Positions 26,315 through 39,158 of a DNA stretch of 64,000 nt are shown here, in pieces. The DNA comes from Octopus vulgaris (taxonomy: Eukaryota). The translations under genes were made by a program, and so were the position numbers. The notes beneath the pieces were generated by a model, which worked only from the letters and a program-made list of their open reading frames with translations, was not told the origin of the DNA and made no database searches. The stretch covers positions 41,664,001 through 41,728,000 of the forward strand of contig OX597822.1 of assembly GCA_951406725.2 (NCBI GenBank). The letters are read 5' to 3'. Within the stretch, counting starts at the first letter, position 1. Each line of letters opens with the position of its first letter.

Positions 26315-27035
26315 AGGCAGTGAGCTTGCAGAAACGTTAGCACACCGGGCAAAATGCTTCACAGTATTTCGTCTGTCTTTACGTTCTGAGTTCAAAATCC
26401 GCCAAGGTCGACTTTGCTTTTCATCCTTTCAGGGTTGATAAATTAAGTACCAGTTGCGAACTGGGGTTAATCTAATCATCTGGACCCTCCCCCAAAATTT
26501 CAGGCCTTGTGCCTAGAGTAGAAAAGAATAATAACGCTCTGTTTAAAACTAAATTATTATTATTGGTTTCAAATTTTGGTGCAAGACCAGCAATTTCAGG
26601 GGAGGGGGTAAGTTGATTACTTCTACCCCAGAGTTCAACTGGTACTTCTTTTATCAACCCCAAAAGGATGAAAAGCAAAGTCAACAAAGGCAGAATTTGA
26701 ACACAGAACATAAAGATGGACAAAATTCATCATTTTGCCCAGCGTGTTAACAGTTCTTCTAGTTCGCCACCTTCTTGGTCATTATTATTAGTATTATTAA
26801 TATTATCATTGTTATTAAGGTGATGAGCTGGCAGAATCGTTAGTACACCGGATGAAATACTTACTGGCATTTCATCTGTCTTCACGTTCTGAGTTCAAAT
26901 TCCGCCAAGGTCGACTTTGCCTTTCATCCTTTCAGGGTCGATAAATTAAGAACCAGCAAAACACTTGGGTCGATATAACTGACTTATTGCCTCCCACCAA
27001 TATTTCAGGCCTTGGTGCCTATAGTAGAAAGGATT
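26315..27035. mobile_element. Cluster of family C SINEs (+,-,+)
   Basis: GGCAGTGAGCTTGCAGAAACGTTAGC head, core, and CCTTGTGCCTAGAGTAGAAAAG tail. Confidence 0.8.
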
Positions 27036-27128
27036 ATTATTATTATTATTGTGTTTGGGGAGAGTCATTAGGGTTACGGTTCACATGAGTTCACATAAAG
27101 AATCTTGCAAACCAAATACAAAAACGAA

Positions 27129-27287
27129 ATAATAATAATAATAATAACATCGAAAAATACCTTAGGAATGAGAACCCAGGTTCGAAATTTCCCCAAGACA
27201 CCTGATGAAGGCTGGAGGGTATATCAGCCGAAACGTTGTGTTAACAACAAACAAGATGAGAACAAATATCCATCAAATGTAAATAAT

Positions 27288-27290
<3 letters not shown>
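27129..27290 (+). mobile_element. Headless copy of the hammerhead element at 14236-14766
   Basis: Near-identical to about 14570-14733 and ends at the same TAATGTA. Confidence 0.85.
27197..27242 (+). ncRNA. Minimal type I hammerhead ribozyme (intact core)
   Basis: GACAC-CTGATGA-A-GGCTG-GAGGGTATAT-CAGCC-GAAAC-GTT^GTGTT; self-complementary AACGTT stem III. Confidence 0.7.
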
Positions 27291-27321
<31 letters not shown>

Positions 27322-27562
27322 AAAATGGTGGTGAGCTGGCAGAATCGTTAGCAAGCTGGCTGAAATGTTTAACAGCATTTCATCCACATCTACGTTCTGA
27401 GTTCAAGTTATGCCAAGATCGACTTTGCTTTTCATCCTTTCGGGATCAATAAAACAAGTACCAGATGAGCACTGGAGGTCAATGTAATCAACTTAACCAC
27501 TTCAACCAAATTTCAGGCCTTGTGCCTTTAGTAGAAAGGATTATTATTATTATTATTATTAT

Positions 27563-28372
27563 TGAGTGAGAGAGCAGTGCATGCCATCAAAGTGACACTG
27601 GGGTACAAATATACGAAGCCCAGTATACCCATCATGACTACCCGTCTGATAAGGGTACACCAGGCACATGCATCACAACCATATGTGCGCGACATTGTGA
27701 TCTTATATAAAGATAAACAGCACATGACCTTGCAGGTGGGGCCCAGATTATTACTATTATTATTAGTGAGTGAGTGAGAGAGCAGTGCATGCCATCAAAA
27801 TGACACTGGGGTAAAATATACGAAGCTCAGTATATCCATCATGACTACCCGTCTGATAAGAATACACCAGGCAAACATCACAACCATATGTGCCTGACAT
27901 GGTGATCTCATATCAAGATAAACAGCACATGACCTTGCAAGTAGGGCCCAGTTAGAATTTTCTTCTGGTCAATTAACCCATCCTGCTCAAAAGGTCCCTG
28001 AATAAGGGTTGTTTAAGGATGTTGAACGAAACACCTATGTTTCCAGAGGTGAATTATTCAAACCCCAAAGAATACCTCTCGACACACGGCTATGATGCTC
28101 CCCCACTACTTCTGCTCATGATCAGAGATGCTCATATCGTCAGTCACTAAGGGACATGTTCAACTGGTTAAAGTCAAACAACTGACGAGCAAATCTGTGG
28201 TATTGAGCAGAATATTTGCTGTAGCCCATCTTTTATACCAAGACAAAACAATGTACATGATAACACTTCCAATCAGTTAAGATCAGAAGCCACGAGAGCC
28301 ACTGCCTGGTACTGCATCAGGGTATTGCCTGGTACTGCATCAAGGCATTGCCTGGTACTGTATCAGGGCATG
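27563..28372. mobile_element. Unclassified repeat of about 600 bp flanked by (TTA)n (partial plus full copy)
   Basis: 27563-27746 duplicates the start of 27768-28372; another copy at 39841-40395. Confidence 0.75.
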
Positions 28373-28376
28373 CATG

Positions 28377-28432
<56 letters not shown>

Positions 28433-28749
28433 CATCAACTTAGTGTGGTATCTTCTTACAGGTAAGTAAACTGAGCCAGTGTGTGTTGAATTGGTTTGTT
28501 AGTAATTTAAGACAGCCAGTGGTAAGATTTGAACTGTCTACTTCATCAACAGTCATCTGGTACTTTATTTCTTTAGCCACCTATGATTCCTTCAGTATAT
28601 GTTGGAAAGTGAAGCAATGTCTGTTATACATCAACCACACCTGTATTCAAAACCAACTACATGAAACAATGAACTGGCCTCTATGTGGTAGCTAGATGCA
28701 CTAAAAATAACAGCCAAATCTCCCTTAAACTACATTTGACCATGTAAAA

Positions 28750-28826
28750 CAGTGGTTTTCAACTACTTTTTGCTTATAGACGCATTTGATTCCTGTTTTG
28801 CTCTACTGGATCTTCATAGCCATTTG

Positions 28827-28861
<35 letters not shown>

Positions 28862-29920
28862 CAGGCTATGTTGGGTAAATTGTCACCATTTCATATTTTT
28901 AATTTCACTCAGGCACAATGTTTGTTTTTGATTTTGTTGACTACACAGTATAGTAGGGTCAGCTGGGTGGGCACCGTCTGTGAGAAAAACAGCACTATGA
29001 TGCAATTTACTCTGCCAGAAATTTGGAAATTACATGCTGTATTGCTTGGCATTCATGCCAGAAGCTCCAATATGAACATGTCAGAGTGTTTGGGTGTCAA
29101 TCTGAGGGCAGTGCAATCTGAAGACATATACCGAGAGTGATAAAAATCAAATATCCAGTCAACATCGTGGTGTTTGGAGTGATCATTAGTGATGGTGACA
29201 TTATGCCTCCATTCATCTTCCTACATGGCTGCAGACACAATGTAGAGGCTTACATCAAGTGCCTGGAGGAGGTAGTGCTGCCTTGGGTGATGAGAGGGAC
29301 AACTCAAAGACCCTATATCTGGCAACAGGACTCTGCACCATGCCACACAAGCAGGAGAACCCAGTCATGACTGTCACACAATTTCTGCGACCACATCACC
29401 CTTAACATCTGGCCACTTAACTCCCCAGACTGCAGCGCCCTTGATTATTATATGTGGGATTCAGTTGAGTAAGAAACCAACAAAGCTCCTTGTAAAAAGA
29501 TGAACTGAAGGCAATGATTATTGCAGCATTCACCAACTTAAACAAGGAGACTATCTAGAAGAGTTGCAGGAGATTCTGAAGTCATCTGGAGGCCATGATT
29601 GAAGCCAATTATGATTTTATTGAATGAATTTGCTCTTTAGTATTTCAAAATATTTTTATGCAATTTTGGTAAATACACCTGTTAAAATGAGATATCGGTG
29701 TTATTTTCATTTTTGCGTGATTTAGGTGACAGTTTATTCGCTGCATCCTGTACATATATATAAATCTACTGTATTTTTATGAATAAGTATTATAAGAAAT
29801 TGCCTAAAAAAATAAAATATTTTGTGTATTTTAGAAGTATAAGCAATTTATTGCACATAAATTTTAACAACAAAATCTTATATGGACCCTCAAGAAACAT
29901 TTTGGACCCTGATTGAGAAA
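28750..29920. mobile_element. hAT-like MITE interrupted by a maT transposon
   Basis: CAGTGGTTTTCAAC start and TATGGACCC...GATTGAGAA end match 34052-34277 and 59473-59794. Confidence 0.6.
28862..29750 (+). mobile_element. Internally deleted Tc1/mariner maT (DD37D) transposon
   Basis: VVFGVIISDG..PPFIF, WQQDSAPCH and WPLNSPDCSALDYYMW with 37 codons between the last two D (one is a stop); imperfect TIRs CAGG..TAAA.TGTCACC. Confidence 0.85.
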
Positions 29921-30149
29921 TTTATTATTTATTGTTTATGTACTTTATTGATTTTTAGAATAATGTTTTTTATAGTATATTTAATTTTTTCTATATGGTA
30001 TGAATAACGTCTTTCACTATTGAATTGCTTAATAGAGGTTTTTCTCTAAATTATATACATATATTATATTTTGTGAAATTTGATTTAGACTTGCTAAATT
30101 GAATTTTCCCTGTAAGTTTGGAATTATATTCCCTACTATTATATATATA

Positions 30150-30207
<58 letters not shown>

Positions 30208-30208
<1 letters not shown>

Positions 30209-30435
30209 GGTGGCACGTAAAAAGCACCAACTGATCGTGGCCGTTTACCAGCCTCGCTTGGCACATAAAAAGCACCCACTACACTCACGGAGTGGTTGGC
30301 GTTAGGAAAGGCATCCAGCTGTAGAAACATTGCCAGATCAGACTGGGCCTGGTGCAGCCTCCTGGCTTCCCAGACCCCAGTTGAACCGTCCAACCTATGC
30401 TAGCATGGAAAGCGGACGTTAGACGATGATGATGA
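30208..30435 (+). mobile_element. RTE 3' tail fragment in (TA)n
   Basis: Matches the 3' end of 45831-47876. Confidence 0.85.
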
Positions 30436-30633
30436 TATATATAATATATTGTGCATGTGTTTATTTGGCAAGAAAAAAAATGATAATAATAAATGAAATG
30501 ACCATCTCAAAGTACAACAATATCTGTTTCAACACATGATTTCACATCAGGGATCTTGCAAAACAAATTGATAAACAAAGGTCATAAAGTATTGTATTGT
30601 TAATCTGCTGGATGAAGGATGATCTAGGGTTAA

Positions 30634-30836
30634 CCCTTTAGCATTTAAACTAGCAACATCCACCCCAAATATTCTACCTGTTTTATCTTCAAAACAGCAG
30701 ATCTACCCTCTTACACTTACCATACAATGTCATTCTAAAAATAAACAATCACATCATTGAAATCTCAAAGCTACAAGATAAAGCAATGTTAATAAATACA
30801 CATTAAATGTGACAGAATAATATAAATGCTTAAGAG
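30634..30836. mobile_element. piggyBac-type MITE
   Basis: TTAA|CCCTTTAGCATTT...AAATGCTTAAGAG|TTAG; reverse orientation of the 18211 family. Confidence 0.65.
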
Positions 30837-32139
30837 TTAGACAGCATCAACAACAACAATATTAACCTTACCAATTTTCTTCCCCAGGCAGCATCTGGGT
30901 GGGAACTGGTTCTCTTAAGAGGATGGCAGGGGTCAGTGTATTTGTCCTTTCCAGTTATAAAACTCCAGAAAGCTATAGGCATGCTAAAGACATATTATTC
31001 CATTAAAACACACACACACACACACACACGTATGTGTGTGGGTTTTCAAAGTGGGTAGAAGTATTTTCCTAAGTATCTCTACTTAAAACCTTGCGTAATA
31101 GTTGTTATAGGTTGAGAGCTTACAAGTGGTTCACATAAGCTGTATGTATAAATATATATCTATAAACATGTGTGTGTGTGTGTATGTCCGAGTGTGTAAA
31201 TGTATATGCATGTATTGTGTGAGCATTAGGGATGTGAAGTTACGGGTTATGATGAATAATCTAATCTATGGGCATATATATATGTGTGTTTATGTGTGTA
31301 CACATACACAGATATATATATATATATAAAGGCACACTCACACACTCACACACTCATTTGTATCGAGTACTTTTATTTGTTATTTCTACACACAAGTGAA
31401 AGTAGTGATGGAGTGACTCATCAGCTGTTTTTGAATTAAAAAAAATCCGCACATCATGTATTGAGTACTACTCTTGTGTATGTGTGTGTGTGCAAAGTTT
31501 TATGTACGTATAGATAGTTCACGTAAAAAACATTGTAATGTTCTATTCCTGGGAATAAGATTAGATTAGCAGCAGTAAGAAATATGATAGAAGCTCCTAT
31601 GTAGAGGGCTTGTAATCTCTTAGATCTTCAGATCTTGGAGATATAACACTACTCTTTCAGTTGTATCTACTTTGATTAACCTTCTGCTTACCACACAACC
31701 ATCTCTGGTTGATATTCAGTCTACTGACCTGTCCTTGACAGCTGATTTCCCTAGCAACTGTGTCCTTTACATAAGTTCTCTGTCTTGCAAGCTGTTGGCC
31801 ACTCTCTCTTGATGCATACTAGAACTACCCCTCACAGTGCAGCTGTTGCATTGAGTTATATTAAGTGCAGATATTTTATCCGGACTAAATGACTTCAGTT
31901 TGGGCCCTTTTACTGAAATTAAAAATCAATTTATAGTTATTTATGTTGTTGTTTAACCTCAGGTCAGTTTAGCCACATGTAAACAGCTCCGATCCTGCAG
32001 ATTTGATTTTGACGCCTTTCCTCTTGCACACAGTACTACAGATGCCAGCCAACAAGGTGGCTCTGTGTTGGTACTTGACCTAAAAATAGCAGCCAAATAT
32101 CTCTTGAATGATACTCTACAATTTGAGAAAAGGGACATA

Positions 32140-32512
32140 GGCGCAGGAGTGGCTCTGTGGTAAATAGCTTGCTTACCAACCACATGGTTCTGGGTTCAGT
32201 CCAACTATGTGGTACCTTGGGCAAGTATCTTCCACTGTAGCCTCAGGCTGACCAAAGCTTTGTGAGTAGATTTGGTAGACAGAAACTGAAAGAAGCCTGC
32301 CGTATGTGTGTGTGTGTGTGTGTTTGTGTTTGTCCCCCCCAACATTGCTTGACAACCGATGTTGGTGTGTTTACATCCCCGTAATTTAGCGGTTCAGCAA
32401 AAGATACTGATAGATTGAGTACTAGGCTTACAAAGAATAAGTCCTGGAGTCAACTTGTCCAACTAAAGGCCATGCTCCAGTCAAATGGCTGAAATGAATA
32501 AAACAGTAAAAG
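32140..32512 (+). mobile_element. SINE family B, full length
   Basis: GGCGCAGGAGTGGCT head, GGTTCAGTCC B box, ACCTTGGGCAAGT core, internal (TG)n. Confidence 0.9.
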
Positions 32513-32520
32513 AATTAGGT

Positions 32521-32783
32521 CAGTGGTTCCCAAGCTTTTTCAGGCTGCCATCCCCTTGACACCCAGGCCAGATTCCTAGTGTCCCCACCTCAACTAACCA
32601 TCACAAACATAGACCCCCTTTCTGAAGCAAATTGAAAGCAACTGTATTTCACAAATAAAACTTAACCTAGCAAACCCACTTTATACATGAATCGCTACCC
32701 CATTATCGCTCCACTTTTCTTCAACACCCCCTTGGAACTTACCACCCCAGAGGGTGCAATACTGCCCACTTTAGGAACCACTG
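32521..32783. mobile_element. hAT (Charlie-like) MITE
   Basis: TIRs CAGTGGTTCC / GGAACCACTG; 8-bp flanks AATTAGGT / CATTAGAT (6/8). Confidence 0.75.
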
Positions 32784-32839
32784 CATTAGATGGTGAATTC
32801 TAGTGGTAAAGTTTTGGTTTCCCTTTTCCTATCTTTCAG

Positions 32840-33095
32840 GATGTTGTTTTACCACCTTCTGAGACTTTTGGCTGGTTTTTTTGCCACTGTTGGGATATCT
32901 TGGTTGACTACTGTGAACAGAACTGTTTCCACTGATTTCCCTTTCTGCAGAGAGAGGCTCTGGGATTTCTTTCATTTGAACCTTGTTCTGGAAGATGCAA
33001 CTGCCTCGTCCGACTGTTTAAGTATCCTACATGTTTCATGCTCCTTTGTGCAAAGGACCACAGTGTCATCCATGAAGGCTCCTAGAAGCTGGAAC
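32840..33095 (-). pseudogene. HERO-like (RLE non-LTR) reverse transcriptase fragment
   Basis: Minus strand AFMDDTVV...RFK*KKSQSLSLQKGK...IPTVAKKPAKSLRRW resembles the HERO-type AFMDD..FKPKKSRSLVL.KGK..IP...EKPVKSLG.W pattern (recalled). Confidence 0.65.
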
Positions 33096-33349
33096 AACTT
33101 TTGTTATAGGCCTGCTCAATCAAGGTTGACCTGGTGCTAAACAATAACAAGTATCAGTCATGTATGTGGAATCATTCAGTTGACTGTATAACTCACTTAG
33201 AAATGTCATAGTTTTGTGCTATTTAATGTAAAGAATTATAGTTTATGTGTTGAGATTGTACCATGACAGACACACCCTGGGTGTGAGTAATTCTCTCAGC
33301 ATGGGCGGTTATGAGTAGGAGTCACACAGATATGTTACTACTTCATTAT

Positions 33350-33710
33350 TACCTCTGCCTTAGTGAAGGCAGAGGTATTGTTTTCAGTTGTGTTTGTTTG
33401 TCTGTGGATAAGATATCTCAAGAACTGCTGGATGGATTCAGATGAAACTTTCAGGGGTGTTTGGCCTCATGACTGGCACAGACTGAATAGATTTTGAGAT
33501 TTATCCATTACCAGACAAGGATTCTGGATTATTTTTCTGGTATTTTAACTTAATTTTTGAGAGCAGTCGGGTTCATTTTCAGTATTCTTGTTTGCGAGAG
33601 CAGTTGAGTTTATTTCAGATATTCTCACTTTAAAAAATCATTTCTGGCTAATCATTGAGAGGACATTGGTGCTGCCTTGGCAGAGGTTTGCGCTCTCTGA
33701 GTGCTCTTGT
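33350..33710 (+). mobile_element. Helentron-associated (HINE/DINE-like) element
   Basis: 5' palindrome TACCTCTGCCT-TAGTGA-AGGCAGAGGTA, 3' subterminal GGCAGAGGT and short hairpin GCGCTC..GAGTGC; second copy at 38788. Confidence 0.7.
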
Positions 33711-34051
33711 TGTTAATGTTATTAAGTGTCCCATACATCATTGAGCCTTATTTGAGCCAGTCTAACTCCTTTGCTTAGATGTTAGCTCACAACACCATCA
33801 ACACTTAATCCGCTCCCTTATTCAATCAAGCACTTCACCTTTCATTCTGGAAATATAACCAACAGCACTAGTACCCTAAATATTCCATGTGTTCTACACC
33901 TTTTAATGCTCCATGGCCCTTGTAGCACCCTTAATACAATTAGTACCAACCAGTTAATTGTTTTGTAAGGTTAGATGTTAGTGTTTTGATGTAAATGTGC
34001 CAGTCACATGGGAATGTTGTTCTTTAGTCCCAGGTAAGCTTTGATTTAAAG

Positions 34052-34277
34052 CAGTGTTTCTCGTCTATTTTTCACCTATGGGCCCCTTTGATTCCTATTT
34101 TACTTGAGTAGACCTCATAGTTATTTTATGTTTTAAAATCCTATATTTTTATAATTAAATACTATTAGGAATTGTACAAAAAACTGTTAAGATATTTTGT
34201 GAATTGTAGAAGTATGACCGATTTATTACAGATAGATTTGAACAAGAAAATATATGGACCCCGGTTGAGAACCACTG
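34052..34277. mobile_element. hAT-like MITE
   Basis: CAGTGTTTCTC...GAGAACCACTG termini; both 8-bp flanks end TAAAG. Confidence 0.7.
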
Positions 34278-34845
34278 AGCTAAAGTATTCCAACCATGAC
34301 CCTCCTGCTGTGTTTGTTCAAACATAAACTTAATAATATCATCTAATGTACCTTCCTTTTTTTTTGATATTTGAGTGAGATCTAGCTGTTATTTCTAGCA
34401 TATCTAGCTATCATACAGAGGTTTGGTCTTTGTCTTAGGCTCCTTCAAAGAAGAGATGGTCCTTGTGACAAAGGCCTAATCCTGATATTTAGTGCAGGAA
34501 GTAGTGATATCAATACCATAGGCATAATAGGTAACAAGAGAACTGTAACAGTTGCAAAAAAAAAAAAATAAATAAATAAAAAAATAAGTCCATGGTCTGT
34601 TGATTGTCAATGACTGACAGACAGTTCTGTGAATAACAGTTAATTAAAATTACTATATTTATAGCAGACTGTAGTTTGTCTCAGTAAATATGATACAAGG
34701 TCAAAAACCGACTTTAGGATTTCCATCTATTTGCAGCATTTGGGCTCTTTTAGTTTCCATTGTTTGGAGTTTGGTAATTGATAGTCAATGAGAGCAGTAA
34801 TTGATTGTTAATGTTATCTTTGAGCATGACATCATTACTTTTGTT

Positions 34846-35568
34846 CAGTGGTTCTTAACTGGGGTCCATATAAGATTTTGGTGGGGCCCATAAGTAAAGT
34901 AATAAACTGGAAATCCACAGTAGTATTTTAATGGTCCCCTAAAAAGTTTTGCTTTATATGTATTTATAGCAAGAAGCAGTTAGGTTTTACATACTCTCTT
35001 TTTTTACTCTTTATTCATTTACTTGTTTCAGTCGTTTTGACTGCAGCCATGCTGAAGCACTACCTTTAGTCAAACAAATCGACCCCAGGACTTATTCTTT
35101 GTAAGCCTAGTACTTATTCTACTGGTCTCTTTTTGCCGAACCATTAAGTTATGGGGACATAAACACACCATCAGTTGTCAAGCTGTGTTGGGGACGCACA
35201 CACATACAAACATTTATATATATATATAAATATGACGGGCTTCTTTCAGTTTCTGTCTGCCAAATCTACTCACAAGGCTTTGGTTGGCCTGAGGCTATAG
35301 TAGACACTTGCCAAAGGTGTCACACAGTGGGACTGAACCCGAACCATATCGTTGGTAAGCAAGCTAGTTACCACACAGCCACTCCTGCACATAGTTCAAA
35401 CTACATAAATTAATATATGAAAAACAAAATAGGAATTTTGAAAGAAGTATCTATGACACTAGTTTTTGAACATTGAATGGCTAGGGAGGGGGTCCACCAG
35501 AATGAAATAGTAGTCAAAGGGGTCCATAGACTTTTAAAAAATGGGTTAAAAAAGCAAAAAAATCACTG
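34846..35568. mobile_element. hAT-like MITE with nested family B SINE (about 34993-35390, minus)
   Basis: CAGTGGTTCTTAAC start; MITE body resumes after the SINE. Confidence 0.65.
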
Positions 35569-36229
35569 TTGTAGAGGATTTGCATGGCTAGAGAGAGTGG
35601 GGGTAGTAAAATTATCAGTAGGAACTGCAAAGAGATAGAACAGTGATGAGGTGCCCAGGTGTCTCCTAGCCCCAAAGTACAAGGTGAGTAGAAGTGGGTT
35701 GTTTGCAAGGAAATGAGGGAATGAGGTGGGGATAGACTCTAAAAATGGGTAGCATTGAAGGGTGAATGAACTATAAACCATGAGTTAGGGAAGATGGAGG
35801 GATGCAGAAGAGAGTGGAGGGGTGAGTAGCAGGAGTGAAATTATTCTCATACAGCTTTGTTTTAAAAGAGCTACCAGGAAGAATATTGTAAGTTTGTCTT
35901 TTAGAAATAACTAAATAAAACTAGATACATATTTTTGCCTGTCTGTCTGTCTTTCCATCTCTCTCTCTTTCTCTCTCACTAAGAAACATTTGACTTTCTA
36001 AGTTATTAGATGTTGAATATTTAATTAAATTAGAATCTAATTAACCCAAGAAGCAGAATAGGATTAAGTAGCTAAGAGGGTGAAGCATCCTAATGGGGGC
36101 TCATAGATTGTGAGTTCAAACCCACAACAGGAACTGAAGGAAACATCTGTGCCCTTAACCCTTACATATCTCTGAGAGAGGTGAGATTGATGGAGTTGTA
36201 CCAGGGAGTAGGGACTGGATGTTGAAGTG

Positions 36230-36560
36230 AAGGCACATGGCTCAGTGATTAGAGTGTTAGGCTTTCAATCATGAAGTTGTGAGGTCAATTCCTGGACTGG
36301 GTTGTGTGTTGTATTCTTGAGCAAGACATTTTATTTCATGTTGCTGCAGTTCACTCAGCCATACAAATGAGTTGCAATGTCACTGGTCCCCAGCTGTATC
36401 GACTCCTTTGCCTTTCCCTTGGATAACATTGGTGGCAGGTTGAGGGGAAACTGGTATACATGGGTGACTGCTGAACAACCTTGCAGGGGACTTGTGCCTG
36501 GCATGGGAACTTTATAGGTATAATCCTGTGGCCATTTGTGACTGAAGTGGGGCTTTACTC
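36230..36560 (+). mobile_element. tRNA-derived SINE with CORE-like segment
   Basis: TGGCTCAGTGATTAG A box, GGTCAATTCC B-box-like motif, CTTGAGCAAGACA segment. Confidence 0.55.
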
Positions 36561-37059
36561 TTTATGGATGTTGAGAGGAGGAGGAGGAGAGCTGAGGGAG
36601 TTGAGAGGGCTTGAGGCAGTTACTTCTGAGGAGTAGAAGTCACTACACCAGTGGTTGAAGTGACAGTGTGAGGAGACTGAAATTGGAACATATTGGTGAT
36701 GTTTGTGTATGCAATAGCAGCAGCTGCAACATTGTCCTTAGTTGTCCATTTGAGTTTCCTTTTGAGCATTTTAAAGGGTTAAGATCATGGTTGGGTCTTC
36801 TTTGATCATACATCTGCTCACTCATGATTGGCCTAGGACTTAACATTGGCCTTGTGTCTATTCAGAGTGAATAGATTCATATGCTGTTTAATATCCATTC
36901 TTACTTTCCATATCAAAGAAGCTCAAAATTTTTACCTCCATTATCTTAGATAATTGCTGTTGTTGTTTAGCCATAGTCAACCCTGAATAAGAAGAACTAT
37001 GATCAAAGATCTTCCAATTGTGGCCATCCCAACATTTTTATATGTTTTGAAATACCATA

Positions 37060-37222
37060 GGCGCAGGAGTGGCTGTGTGGTAAGTAGCTTGCTTACCAAC
37101 CACATGGTTCTGGGTTCAGTTCGACTGTGTGGCACCATGGGCAAGTATCTTCCACTATAGCCTCAGGCTGGCCAAAGCTTTGTGAGTAAATTTGGTAGAC
37201 GGAAGCTGAAAGAAGCCCGTTG

Positions 37223-37261
<39 letters not shown>

Positions 37262-37409
37262 GTGTGTGTATATGTTTGTGTGTCTGTGTTTGTTTTCCCA
37301 ACATCGCTTGACAACCGATGCTGGTGTGTTTATGTCACTGTAACTTAGCACTTTGGCAAAAGAAACTGATAAAATAAGTACTGGTAGACGGAAGCTGAAA
37401 GAAGCCCGT

Positions 37410-37454
<45 letters not shown>

Positions 37455-37653
37455 GTGTGTGTATATGTTTGTGTGTCTGTGTTTGTTTTCCCAACATCGC
37501 TTGACAACCGATGCTGGTGTGTTTATGTCACTGTAACTTAGCACTTTGGCAAAAGTACTGATAAAATAAGTCCTGGGGTCGATTTGCTCCACTAAAGGCA
37601 GTGCTACAGCATGGCTGCAGTAAAATGACTGAAACAAGTAAAAGACTAAAAGA
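37060..37653 (+). mobile_element. SINE family B with internal tandem duplication of about 189 bp
   Basis: 37193-37381 repeated at 37382 to about 37570. Confidence 0.9.
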
Positions 37654-38295
37654 GATCCATTGAGCATGTTGTGGTTTCTCTCATTGTATTGTATCTTAGT
37701 TGTGAATGTGTTTGTAAGAGTGCTGTCCTTGGTATTTCAGTTGTTTAGTTAAGCTATGCTTAAAATCCATGAGTACATACATACCAACAGTGACTTATTT
37801 TTCAAAATACAACCTTGTCTTCCTGCTCCTGCTGCTATCGTCTTTTCTGTTTTTTGACATTTCTATTCAGTATAATATTTCTATCACATTCACAAATGCA
37901 ATTGGAGTTGCTTTCACTTAGAAAACAAAAAACAGGATAATTGCTCCAGATTGCTGTCTACTAAGGACAGCATTCACACCTCTATTAGCAAGGTGGAGCC
38001 ACATTTCATTGTTGAACTTAGAAGATAAGGTTTCAGGCTGTTAACTCTTGCTTCTCAAAAGTAGTTATAAGGTCAATAGGTACTGTTCTTTATTGCAGAA
38101 AGTCTAGCATCCTCTCCTGTACAAAATTTATTTCTCATTCATATAATTCTATTGTATCTCTGAAGTAAACACCAAACCAAAGAGAAAGTCTTAGAAGAAT
38201 TGCTTAACATTCTACAAATAACAGCCACATGACCATCAAATCACACTTGTTTTACAAAAGGACACACCAGATAATGTAGTCCTAGATATACAAAA

Positions 38296-38545
38296 CATGG
38301 CTTTAATCATAGTTCTACTGGCATAAGACTGACCCAGAGTTAAACAACAACTTGGTCATACAGGAACATCTTTGATCATTAAGTCTGCTGAATCAGTACT
38401 GACCTAGGGATAAATAACAATGACATGGTCACATAGGAATGTCTTTGATGAGATGTCTACTGGACCAGGACCAACCTAGGGCTAAACAACATGGTCATGC
38501 AGGAACATATTTGATCACAAGTCTGCTGGATCAAGGCTGACCTGA
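38296..38545 (+). repeat. About four tandem 55-70-bp units of a SINE 3' tail
   Basis: CATGGTCA..GGAA..TCTTTGATCA..GTCTGCT..GACCTAGGG.TAAACAAC repeated. Confidence 0.65.
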
Positions 38546-38787
38546 TAACAAGAACATTATTATTATTGTTATTATGAATGTATTATTATTATTATAATTG
38601 TTAGCGCACTGGATGAAATGCTTAGCAGTATTTTGCCCATTGCACCGATCTGAGTTCAAATTCTGCCAAGGTTGACTTTGCCTTCCATATTTTCGGGGTT
38701 GATAAAATAAGTACCAGTTGAACACTGGAGTCAATGTAATCAACTCATCCCCTCCCCACAAATGGTTGCCTTTGTGCCAAAATTTGA

Positions 38788-39158
38788 TACCTCTGCCTTA
38801 GTGAAGGTGGAGGTATTGTTTTCAGTTGAGTTTGTTTGTTTGCTTGTCATTGGACAAGATATCTCAAGAACAGCTCTATGGATTCAGATGAAACTTTCAG
38901 GGATGTTTGGCCTTGTGACTGGGACAAACTGATTAGATTTTGGGATAGATCTGGTACTGGACAAGGATTCTGCATTATTTTTCTGTGTTTTTTTTTACTT
39001 AAATTTTGAGAGCAGTCAGGTTCATTTTTAGTATTCTTGTTTGTGAGAGCAGTTGAATTTATTTCAGATAATCTCATTTTAAACATCATCTCTGGCTAAT
39101 CATTGAGAGGACATTGGTGTTGCCTTGGCAGAGGTTTGTGCTCTCTGAGTGCTCTTGT
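38788..39158 (+). mobile_element. Helentron-associated element, second copy
   Basis: Collinear with 33350-33710. Confidence 0.7.

Noticed and set aside
30889-30938. Short plus-strand exon after TTTTCTTCCCCAG
   Set aside because: Weak donor and no compatible neighbouring exons found
32790-33140. 116-aa plus-strand ORF with an acceptor-like site
   Set aside because: Better explained as the antisense of a HERO-like RT remnant
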